DNA of 64,000 nt, taken from positions 544,001 to 608,000 of the forward strand of contig CAWHBU010000004.1 of assembly GCA_963827685.1 (NCBI GenBank), read 5' to 3'. Shown here piece after piece: positions 19,390 to 27,504 of this stretch. Under the pieces are notes generated by a model. That model was given only the letters and a program-made list of their open reading frames with translations, searched no databases and was not told where the DNA came from. This stretch comes from an uncultured delta proteobacterium (GTDB lineage Bacteria > Desulfobacterota > BSN033 > UBA1163). The stretch's first letter is position 1. Every line of letters begins with the position of its first letter. A program made the translations under genes and the position numbers.

Positions 19390-19529
19390 CCAGGAAATCG
19401 GATAGGGGAATCAGGGACAATTCTCATCTTTACCGACGAAACCACAAGAACTGGGGGCGTGCAAGGAAAGGAGGGGGATAGTTCGACAACCATGATCTTG
19501 TAGTGTATTCTAATGAAAGGAGGTAAGGT

Positions 19530-19748
19530 ATGCGTTCAGTCCTTTCTGTGAGTTTACCCAAAAACATATCGTCCGAACTCGATAAATTCGCAAGGAGCAC
19601 AGGCCGAACCAAAAGCGACATTGTCAAGGAATTGATCAATCTCTACCTCTGGGAGGCACGATTCCGCAGGTTGCAGAAGCGGGTGGGGACGAAGGCCAAG
19701 AAGGCCGACATGGTCAGCGAAGAGGATGTATTCAAGGCCATATCGTGA
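19530..19748 (+). CDS. CopG/RHH antitoxin (orphan)
   Basis: SVSLP...ELD..A..TGRTKSDIVKE; AGGAGG RBS; the overlapping GTG AAA GCC GTT start downstream does not continue as a recognisable toxin. Confidence 0.8.
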   Translation: MRSVLSVSLPKNISSELDKFARSTGRTKSDIVKELINLYLWEARFRRLQKRVGTKAKKADMVSEEDVFKAIS

Positions 19749-19861
19749 AAGCCGTTGCAATATTTCTTGTGACCTATTGGGTCAAAGCACAGAAAGACAT
19801 CTTCCCGGAGGATGCCGGGTGAAAACGGCTCATTAGATCCCTTTTCTAATTCCTGAATATA

Positions 19862-20002
19862 TTCTGGATATTTCCCAATTCTATCCAGAGTATTCAACAC
19901 TTCGGTAAGAAAGGCGTCGCCGAGTCCGGGGATCTCATAATTGTAATACTCAATGGCATCATCCAGTTCAATCTGCGCGATCTCGAAGAACCGAATCCTC
20001 AT
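19862..20002 (-). pseudogene. RelE/ParE toxin, truncated
   Basis: MRIRFFEIAQIELDDAIEYY...GLGDAFLTEV...RIGKYPE; family-like sequence is lost after about 47 codons. Confidence 0.7.
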
Positions 20003-20010
20003 CCGTGATC

Positions 20011-20223
20011 CTACTTGTACCTTTCAAGAACTCTTTCCAATGTAACAGCCTTAATCGCCCCGCGTTCGTACGCGTCGATTCGGTTCTCCGCCTCCTTCGC
20101 CCAGAGACCCTCAAGCTCTGCATCCGGCTTATCCAGACTGGAGAGCAGCTTGTCGATTAGCTCCGCTTTTTCTGTAGGTTTCAGGGTTAACGCCTGTTTC
20201 AGAAATTTGTTTGTCGTAGCCAT
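20011..20223 (-). CDS. addiction module antitoxin component
   Basis: AL.L.P.EKAELIDKLLSSLD..D..LE..WAKEAE.RIDAYERG. Confidence 0.85.
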   Translation of the reverse strand: MATTNKFLKQALTLKPTEKAELIDKLLSSLDKPDAELEGLWAKEAENRIDAYERGAIKAVTLERVLERYK

Positions 20224-20407
20224 GTTGCCTCCTTCTACTCATTTAAGTTTACGCTCATTCTCTGTAATCATCAAGTTTTAAGACATCGTGTCAGGTATTG
20301 AAGTGTGAATCAAGCTCGTAGATGATTTCGAGTAATGTTATCTCAGAGACCATCTTCTCGTTCAACCTCACGGACATCTTGCTCAGTATTGTATAAAGTT
20401 ATGAATG

Positions 20408-20447
20408 CCCCGTTAGAAATAATGCCGCGCTGCAATTTCTAACGGGG
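20408..20447. repeat. CCCCGTTAGA...TCTAACGGGG mini-palindrome
   Basis: 13-bp IR; related element at 43163-43223. Confidence 0.6.
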
Positions 20448-20452
20448 TAAAC

Positions 20453-20498
20453 CAAATCTTATCAAAATGAGATAAAAATACAACCAGAATTTTTGGGG
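20453..20498 (-). repeat. ~45-bp promoter-like repeat, copy D
   Basis: caaatcttatcaaaatgagataaaaatacaaccagaatttttgggg. Confidence 0.8.
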
Positions 20499-20884
20499 AA
20501 TTAGAAGAACAGGGGAAATAGAGGTTCACTCCCCGATCCGTCTTCAATTGGGGGAAAACAGCATCCGTAAACCAGCTGGCAAGATAAATGGTATTCCAAC
20601 CATGGAAATTCGGTGTCAGGCATCGGTAATAAGGTATTTGCTTCCTTTAGGGTTTCAAAGATTCCAGAAAATCAATAAATTCTTGAAGAGGTGCAACCTT
20701 CACCCCATTTTCTAAGGGATAGGACTCCTTAACGGGCGCTATGATCCATGCTTCTTTAATTCTTACTTTGCATATTGGAAGTACAATATCCAATTTACAA
20801 AGATGCAAGTGTTACATTTATGAAGACGGGGGCATGAAGAGCGGGATGTTGGTTTTAAAACAACCTGGCAATTGAGAGGGAAGT

Positions 20885-22351
20885 TCAGAAACCGTTCTTT
20901 CTGCGCACCCGTCCGTATTGAACAAGGGCATACATTGCGCGAGCACACTGTTCTGGTGTGTCGTAAATCGGTATCCCGCCTTCTCTGAGGATGTCTTCCA
21001 TGATATCATGTTCCAGGCGGATAAATCGAAGACAAATAATGGGTTTGTTATATTTCTTCGGCAGCGATGCATAGACCTTTGCCCCCTCAAGGGCAACTTG
21101 AATAGGTTCGGGAAGTGAATCGGAATTCCTATCAATTTTCAGAGAACGATCCCAGATTTGCGGACTGACCGGCACGTTACTGATGACGCCGTCAATATAA
21201 TCAAGCTTGAGCAGCTTTTCTATTATTTCCGCCTCCTGAAGTGCTGTGCGTGAGCTTCCGGCAAAATCGATTGGATTTTTTGCCGGGGGTGCGTGTGCCG
21301 GAAGCAATGCGGTGATACTGGAGGCCGTGTCTGCGTCCAATTCCGGCAGCTCGAGGCCAAGAGAGGAGCAAGCATCTGTTCCGACAACCCCCTGCCCTCC
21401 GCTCCCGAGTATGGCTACCCGGTTACCGTCAGCCAAAGGTAACCCAACAAGTGCCTCGGCCATTTCAAAGAGATGAAAGGACTCATCAACCTGCAGCAAT
21501 CCAATCTGCTTGCACACACCGTCAAAGATCTTCTCAGATCCTGCAATCGACGCGGTGTGTGACAGGGTGGCCCGCGCACCAGCGGCAGAACGGCCACCCT
21601 TATAGACGACAATGGGTTTTTTCTTTATCACCTGGCGGGCGACCGTGAAAAAACGCCTGCCGTCTTTCAGTCCCTCGAGATAGAGCACAATAACCTTCGT
21701 ATCCTCATCGTCTGCAAGGTATTCGAGATAGTCAGATACCTCAAGATCAGCCTGGTTTCCGATACTGATGAATTTGCTCAGGCCGTATCCCTTACTACTG
21801 GCGACCTGTGCCATAGCAACGCCAAAGGTGCCGCTCTGTGAAATAAATGCAATAGGTCCCGCTTTGGGCGCCTGGGGAAAGCATAAACTGAGTTGTCCCG
21901 CGGCGCTCCATATCCCCATGCCATTAGGTCCCACCAGCCTGATACCGCCTGAACGGGCCACCTCCACCATTGCATGCTCAAATCCTCTCCCCTCTTCACC
22001 GACTTCGGCAAAACCGGCGCTTATCACAACGGCCCCCTTGATGCCTTTCTCGATACACTCAGACAAGAGGCCCGGAATGGTTGCCGCCGGCGTAGTCATA
22101 ACGGCAAGATCAATAACGCCCGGCACCGCGGACACGCTGGGGTAGGTAGGAAGTCCCAATATTTCGCCTTTTCCGGGGTTGATGGGGTAAATGGCCCCCT
22201 TGAACCCTGTCTTCAGAGGCCTCTCAACCATCAGGTACCCCCACTTTCTTGAGGTATCCGATGCTCCTATAACGGCTATTGATCTTGGTTTGAAAATGTA
22301 ATCGAGCTCTTCCGCTATCTTCTTTTTCAAGTACGACTCCTCGTTGCGCAA
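20885..22351 (-). CDS. acyl-CoA synthetase (NDP-forming), alpha/CoA-binding subunit
   Basis: F.PRSIAVIGAS, GPNGMG, FISQSG, SIGNQAD, SHTASIAGS, NPID. Confidence 0.9.
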   Translation of the reverse strand: MRNEESYLKKKIAEELDYIFKPRSIAVIGASDTSRKWGYLMVERPLKTGFKGAIYPINPGKGEILGLPTYPSVSAVPGVIDLAVMTTPAATIPGLLSECIEKGIKGAVVISAGFAEVGEEGRGFEHAMVEVARSGGIRLVGPNGMGIWSAAGQLSLCFPQAPKAGPIAFISQSGTFGVAMAQVASSKGYGLSKFISIGNQADLEVSDYLEYLADDEDTKVIVLYLEGLKDGRRFFTVARQVIKKKPIVVYKGGRSAAGARATLSHTASIAGSEKIFDGVCKQIGLLQVDESFHLFEMAEALVGLPLADGNRVAILGSGGQGVVGTDACSSLGLELPELDADTASSITALLPAHAPPAKNPIDFAGSSRTALQEAEIIEKLLKLDYIDGVISNVPVSPQIWDRSLKIDRNSDSLPEPIQVALEGAKVYASLPKKYNKPIICLRFIRLEHDIMEDILREGGIPIYDTPEQCARAMYALVQYGRVRRKNGF

Positions 22352-22712
22352 GGGGAAAAACCTACAAAAAAATCACTTCTTCAGGAACCCAATCGATTTA
22401 TTGTAACAGATATTGAATTTGGGGACTACCATCCCTCTCCCCCCTGCCTACCGGCAGGCAGGCAAGGGGAGAGGGGAGGGTGAGGAGACTTGAGCATTTA
22501 TCACGAAATTGGAGATGCTTCTTGGAAGGAGAAAATTTGTCGGAAATAGGGGATCTCCAAAAAATCATAAATTGAAAAACAACAGATAGAAGCGGCCCGT
22601 TTATTTCCAGGCGACGGGACCACAAAAACTGGGGGCGGGCAAGGAAACAAAAGTCTTGACATCTTAAAAATCTTTGGTTAAGTATTCGGCAAAACAAGAA
22701 AGGAGGCCTGTT

Positions 22713-22922
22713 ATGGCGTTTTCAACTGATTCGACGTTGGGGGAAATCTTAGATAATGAGAAGGGTAAGGCTGTTTTAGAGAAACACATGCCAGGCGTGT
22801 CGAAGGACCCACGAACGGCCATGGGTCGGGGCATGACTCTGAAGCAGATAGCCGCTTTTATGCCGGGGCAGATCACCCCTGCTCTGCTTCAAGCCATAGA
22901 AGCAGATCTGAAGAAGATATAG
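22713..22922 (+). CDS. 69-aa hypothetical protein
   Basis: AAGGAGG RBS, TTGACA at 22656; MAFSTDSTLGEILDNEKGKAVLEKHMPG...MTLKQIA. Confidence 0.75.
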   Translation: MAFSTDSTLGEILDNEKGKAVLEKHMPGVSKDPRTAMGRGMTLKQIAAFMPGQITPALLQAIEADLKKI

Positions 22923-23142
22923 AAAAAATACGTCGGCAATTCCTGCCTGCCGGCAGGCAGGAATGCGGACGCTACATCACTTCTGGTGCATACTGATACC
23001 TTGAACGAAACACAGGATCAGCCGGAATTTTTTTGATTGGATGATCTAAATTCGCGGCGGTATGCTCCAGCGATTTGAATACCATCTCCACCTCTTCCGG
23101 CGCACCGTCTTCGGGTTCCCACTCCCCTTTTCGGACTTCGGC

Positions 23143-23880
23143 CTAAAAAAAGGATGGCATCGATTTTTTTTCTCGGTAGATCTTTTCCATCTTAATCAGA
23201 GTCTCACCAAACTCAACGGTATGCTTTCCCATTTCCGTAGTGGCAGCCTTGGCGTCACCTGCCAAAACGGCCTCGACGATGGGACGGTGCATCCCTGCCG
23301 GATGCATGAAGTGTGGGTCAGGCTTTACCGCCTCTACGACCTTCCTTGTTAATCCCATCGCAGATTTGACAAGGGCCTCAAAAAAGCGATTGCCGCACAT
23401 CTCAGCCAGAATGAGATGCACCCTTTGCTTCCTTTCCACGTCTACGGATAAGGATGGTATAGGGAGCTCTTCGGCCTCCAAAGCGTCTTTCAACTGTTGC
23501 ATGTATTCCGGGGTAACATTTAAGGCTGCCAATCGGGCTACCTCGGGTTCTACAAGAATTCTCAGCTGATGCATTTCGGGAATGGAGATCTTGTTTGCCA
23601 TAAACAAGTCCAAGAAGGTCTTGGCCAAATTTTCGAAGGTCAGATCGGTCACATAAGCACCGCCATTTGCCCCCTGCCGGGTCACTAAAAATCCCGAATT
23701 CTCCAATGCCCGGAGAGCCTCTCGAATGGCTACACGACTCACCCGAAATTCTTCTGCGAGGCTTCGCTCTGCGGGCAGTTTATCTCCGGCCTTGAAATGG
23801 CCCTGCAGAATGGATTGTTTGAGCTGTTCGACAATTTCCTCTGAAACGCGAAGCTGGCTGATAGGCCTAAATCTGGCCAT
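23143..23880 (-). CDS. GntR/FadR family regulator
   Basis: GDKLPAERSLAEEFRVSRVAIREAL, FCD-type C-terminus. Confidence 0.92.
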   Translation of the reverse strand: MARFRPISQLRVSEEIVEQLKQSILQGHFKAGDKLPAERSLAEEFRVSRVAIREALRALENSGFLVTRQGANGGAYVTDLTFENLAKTFLDLFMANKISIPEMHQLRILVEPEVARLAALNVTPEYMQQLKDALEAEELPIPSLSVDVERKQRVHLILAEMCGNRFFEALVKSAMGLTRKVVEAVKPDPHFMHPAGMHRPIVEAVLAGDAKAATTEMGKHTVEFGETLIKMEKIYREKKSMPSFF

Positions 23881-23923
23881 TTTTCCTCCTTTGGAGTATG
23901 AGATATCAAGGATAGATATTTTC

Positions 23924-24075
23924 GGTCTGTCCCGAATTTATCGCTGGATAAGAGTCAAAAGAGATCTTTGGAGTAATAAGCAGTATTGAACTCCATGTGG
24001 CTCTTCGCTAAATAGAGGGGCATGATTTTCGAGAAGAGCATACTGACCGTCTCTTTAACAAATTCGGGACAGACC
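23924..24075. mobile_element. 152-bp MITE-like element
   Basis: perfect 16-bp TIR ggtctgtcccgaattt / aaattcgggacagacc. Confidence 0.7.
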
Positions 24076-24087
24076 CAATATTTTTTC

Positions 24088-24121
24088 TTGACAAATATTG
24101 ATTGGTCTAATATTATACCAA
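24088..24121 (+). promoter_or_regulatory. sigma70 promoter and putative FadR operator for the CoA ligase genes
   Basis: TTGACA-17-TATTAT overlapped by TTGGT-N10-ACCAA. Confidence 0.55.
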
Positions 24122-24171
24122 CCGATTTGTTATTTCAAGATTTTTTTGGGACGTAGGATCTTTAGTAAATT

Positions 24172-25674
24172 ATGAATATTTCAAATAACTTAGAAAGTGC
24201 TGCATTCTATTTCCCTAACCGCCCAGCACTCAGCGAAGCTGGACGCGAGATCACATATTCGGAATTCAATGATCGGGCTAACCGGATAGCAACCGGACTG
24301 ATCGCCTTGGGAGTGAGACCCGGCGACCACATTGGTCTTTTAGCTCCCAACTCAACAGATTGGCTTATTTTCTACTTCGGGGTGCTGAAAGCAGGAGCCG
24401 TGGCCGTAACTTTTTCCAGTCTTCTCACCCCAGATGAAATGGCTTTGTTGATCAACCACTCAAAGCCGAGGTTTCTTTTTACTTCTGGGGAGAAACTCAA
24501 TCTTCTGCAAAACTTAAGAGGAAGAGCGGGTCTGGAAAAAGTGATTTGTCCGGGTGGTGATTTGGAGCTTCGACAATTGATGGACATGGGAACGGGTTCC
24601 TTCAAAGCACTGGATCGGGACCGAACAGAAACAGCTGCCGTCCTTTATACCGGAGGCACGACAGGAACCCCCAAAGGGGTCATGCTGACCCATGAGAACA
24701 TCAACGTTTCAGCCCACAATGTAGCCTTCAGTGAGCACTCTACCGAGGCCGACCGGGCTCTCTGTTTTCTTCCCTTCAACCACGTATTTGGCCAGATGCA
24801 CATTATGAATGCCACGATCCTAAGTTGCGGATGCTTGGAGATTCTTCCCGGTTTTGATCTGGATCGGGTTTTGGAGACCACGCAGGCCCGCCGAGTCACC
24901 AAACTCTTTGCCGTACCGACAGTCTATGCACGTTTGCTGGGTCTGGATGGACTTATACAGAAACTGGGCATTGTCCGCTACTGCTTCTCCGCAGCGGCCA
25001 GCATGGCCGCAGAAATCGTCCGGCAATGGAAAGAGCGGACCGGCCTCACCATTTATGAAGGCTACGGGATGACGGAATCCGCCTCTGCAGTGACTTATAA
25101 TCATTATTATCGCCATGTCATAGGGTCCGTAGGAACCGCAGTGCCCGGTGTGGAGGTTCAGATCAGAGACAAAGATGGAAATAAGGTGGAACAGGGGCAG
25201 GAAGGTGAGATCTGTATTCGTGGGCACAATATCATGAAGGCCTATCTTAATAATCCGGAGGATACGCAGTCCGCCTTCTGGGACGATGTTTGGTTTAGAT
25301 CCGGAGATGTCGGTCACCTTGACAGGGATGGCTACCTCACCATTGTGGACAGAATCAAAGACATGATCATAACCGGTGGCGAAAATGTTTATCCCCGCGA
25401 GGTTGAAGAGGTTCTTTACACGAGACAGGAAGTAGAAGGATGCGCAGTGGTAGGCATTCCAGATAGAGAGTGGGGGGAACGGGTAACCGCTTTCATCACG
25501 CCAAGGCCCGGACAGAAAATCGTTCCGGAGCAGTTGAAGACTTTCTTAAAGTCCCGTTTGTCGCCCTTCAAGGTTCCCAAAGAGTATATCGTAGTGAACG
25601 AACTACCTAAGAGTCCTGCAGGCAAGGTCCTAAAACGTGAGTTGAGGAAGCAGTACCTGGAGCGCTCCAAGTAA
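24172..25674 (+). CDS. AMP-forming acyl/aryl-CoA ligase (copy 1)
   Basis: YTGGTTGTPKG, YEGYGMTE, RSGD, DRIKDMIITGGENVYPREVE, PKSPAGK. Confidence 0.92.
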   Translation: MNISNNLESAAFYFPNRPALSEAGREITYSEFNDRANRIATGLIALGVRPGDHIGLLAPNSTDWLIFYFGVLKAGAVAVTFSSLLTPDEMALLINHSKPRFLFTSGEKLNLLQNLRGRAGLEKVICPGGDLELRQLMDMGTGSFKALDRDRTETAAVLYTGGTTGTPKGVMLTHENINVSAHNVAFSEHSTEADRALCFLPFNHVFGQMHIMNATILSCGCLEILPGFDLDRVLETTQARRVTKLFAVPTVYARLLGLDGLIQKLGIVRYCFSAAASMAAEIVRQWKERTGLTIYEGYGMTESASAVTYNHYYRHVIGSVGTAVPGVEVQIRDKDGNKVEQGQEGEICIRGHNIMKAYLNNPEDTQSAFWDDVWFRSGDVGHLDRDGYLTIVDRIKDMIITGGENVYPREVEEVLYTRQEVEGCAVVGIPDREWGERVTAFITPRPGQKIVPEQLKTFLKSRLSPFKVPKEYIVVNELPKSPAGKVLKRELRKQYLERSK

Positions 25675-25799
25675 TATTGGCGAAGATGGGTTAGGCCCGA
25701 TCCGCGGGCGAGTGTGATGATAGGGTGATCTTTCCGTCACCATGCAGATTAAGGCGGGAAATTTGAAGAACCAATGTTGAATTTCTTACGGAGGCCGGT

Positions 25800-27332
25800 G
25801 TGAATCTTGCGCAGAACCTTGAAGTCTCAGCCTTCCTCTTTCCTGAGCGTCCTGCCATCAGAGAACGCGGGATTGAGATGACTTATGCTCAACTGAACGA
25901 TCGGGCGAACCGGGTGGCCACCGGCCTCATCAAAATGGGAGTTAAGCCGGGTGACCATATTGGCCTCTGTGCTTTGAACTCCGCCGACTGGATTGGCTTT
26001 TACTTCGGTGTGCTCAAAACGGGAGCGGTCGCGGTTACTCTGTCCGGGGTTCTCACCGGTGATGAGCTGGCGAATCTCGTCAATCACTCAAAACCACGAC
26101 TTATCTTCACGGTTGAAGCCAAGCTGAAGGACCTGGAGAAATTGAAGAGTTCGGGAGGGCTTGAAAAGGTGATTTGCCCAGAGGGTGACCTGGACCTTCC
26201 GCACCTCATGGAGATGGGATCGGGATCGTTTAAGGCAATCGAAAGGGACCGAATTGACACTGCCGCTATTCTTTATACTGGCGGCACAACGGGTATCCCA
26301 AAAGGGGTGATGCTGACCCACGAGGGCATCAATTTTTCCAGTCACAGCATAGCCTACTACGAGCGGTCGACTGAGAATGACCTTGCCGTCTGTTTTCTGC
26401 CCTTTAACCACGTCTTCGGCCAAATACACATCATGAATGCAACGATTCTGAGTGTCGGCTGCCTGGAGATCCTGCCCGCCTTCGACTTGGAACGAATCTT
26501 GGAAGCGATGGAAGCAGGCCGGGTAACGAAGTTCTTTGCTGTGCCTACGGTATATGTCCGACTCTTGACCCTTGATGACTTGAGGAAAAAACTGGGGAGA
26601 CTTCGCTACTGCTTTTCGGCAGCGGCCAGTATGGCGATGGAAATCGTCAAACAATGGAAAGAGCGCACAGGGCTTACGATCTCGGAGTCGTACGGGCTGA
26701 CAGAAGCCATGCCTGTATCCTACAACCACTATTATCATGATAGGCACGTTGTTGGATCAGTGGGTCCCCCGGTCCATGGGGTGGAAGTCCAGATCAGGGA
26801 TAGGTCAGGGAATCTTCTGGAACAGGGAGCAGAAGGCGAGATATGCGTACGAGGTCGTAACGTCATGAAAGGCTACCTGAATAACCCCGAAGGAGACCGC
26901 TCCGCGTTCTGGAAGGGCGACTGGCTCCGCACCGGCGACATCGGTCTGTTTGATCCGGACGGCTATCTCTACATCGTGGATCGACTTAAGGACCTCATTA
27001 TTACGGGGGGCGAGAACGTCTACCCTCGCGAGGTGGAAGAGCAGCTCTATGCGCGGCCGGAAGTAGAGGAGTGTGCGGTCATAGGGCTTCCCGACAAGGA
27101 GTGGGGCGAGCGCGTGACCGCCTTCATCGTGGGGAAACCAGGTCATCCTATTGTCCCTGAAGAGTTAAAGTCTTTTCTGAAGTCCCGTTTATCCCCCTTC
27201 AAGGTGCCCAAGGAGTATGTCGCGGTGAGCGAGTTTCCTAAGAGCCCTGCGGGTAAAATTCTGAAACGTGAGGTCAAAAGGCGGTTTCTCGAGGGGCCGT
27301 GCAGCCCGGGACGGGAAAACAGAGGTAGGTGA
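25800..27332 (+). CDS. AMP-forming acyl/aryl-CoA ligase (copy 2, paralog)
   Basis: same motifs, colinear with copy 1. Confidence 0.92.
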   Translation: MNLAQNLEVSAFLFPERPAIRERGIEMTYAQLNDRANRVATGLIKMGVKPGDHIGLCALNSADWIGFYFGVLKTGAVAVTLSGVLTGDELANLVNHSKPRLIFTVEAKLKDLEKLKSSGGLEKVICPEGDLDLPHLMEMGSGSFKAIERDRIDTAAILYTGGTTGIPKGVMLTHEGINFSSHSIAYYERSTENDLAVCFLPFNHVFGQIHIMNATILSVGCLEILPAFDLERILEAMEAGRVTKFFAVPTVYVRLLTLDDLRKKLGRLRYCFSAAASMAMEIVKQWKERTGLTISESYGLTEAMPVSYNHYYHDRHVVGSVGPPVHGVEVQIRDRSGNLLEQGAEGEICVRGRNVMKGYLNNPEGDRSAFWKGDWLRTGDIGLFDPDGYLYIVDRLKDLIITGGENVYPREVEEQLYARPEVEECAVIGLPDKEWGERVTAFIVGKPGHPIVPEELKSFLKSRLSPFKVPKEYVAVSEFPKSPAGKILKREVKRRFLEGPCSPGRENRGR

Positions 27333-27504
27333 ACGGCCACGAAAGGCTGCTGAGGCCGTAAATCACGCGGCGAATGCCGGAAAAAAAACAGACGGAGAAA
27401 TTTCGGTTGTGAGGGCATACTATTTGTAATGATTAAAGGACAAGATAGGGGGTAGAGGATTAGAGACAGGCAATCCTGTCCAACAAATGCACAAGGAGGT
27501 GTCT

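Noticed and set aside
19643-20002. 119-aa ORF as an intact ParE toxin
   Set aside because: Only the first ~47 aa are family-like; the rest is read-through antisense to the RHH gene
16590-20498. 45-bp repeats as a CRISPR array or attC sites
   Set aside because: Spacing is 0.5-2.6 kb and irregular, there are no cas or intI genes, and no RYYYAAC...GTTRRRY hairpin
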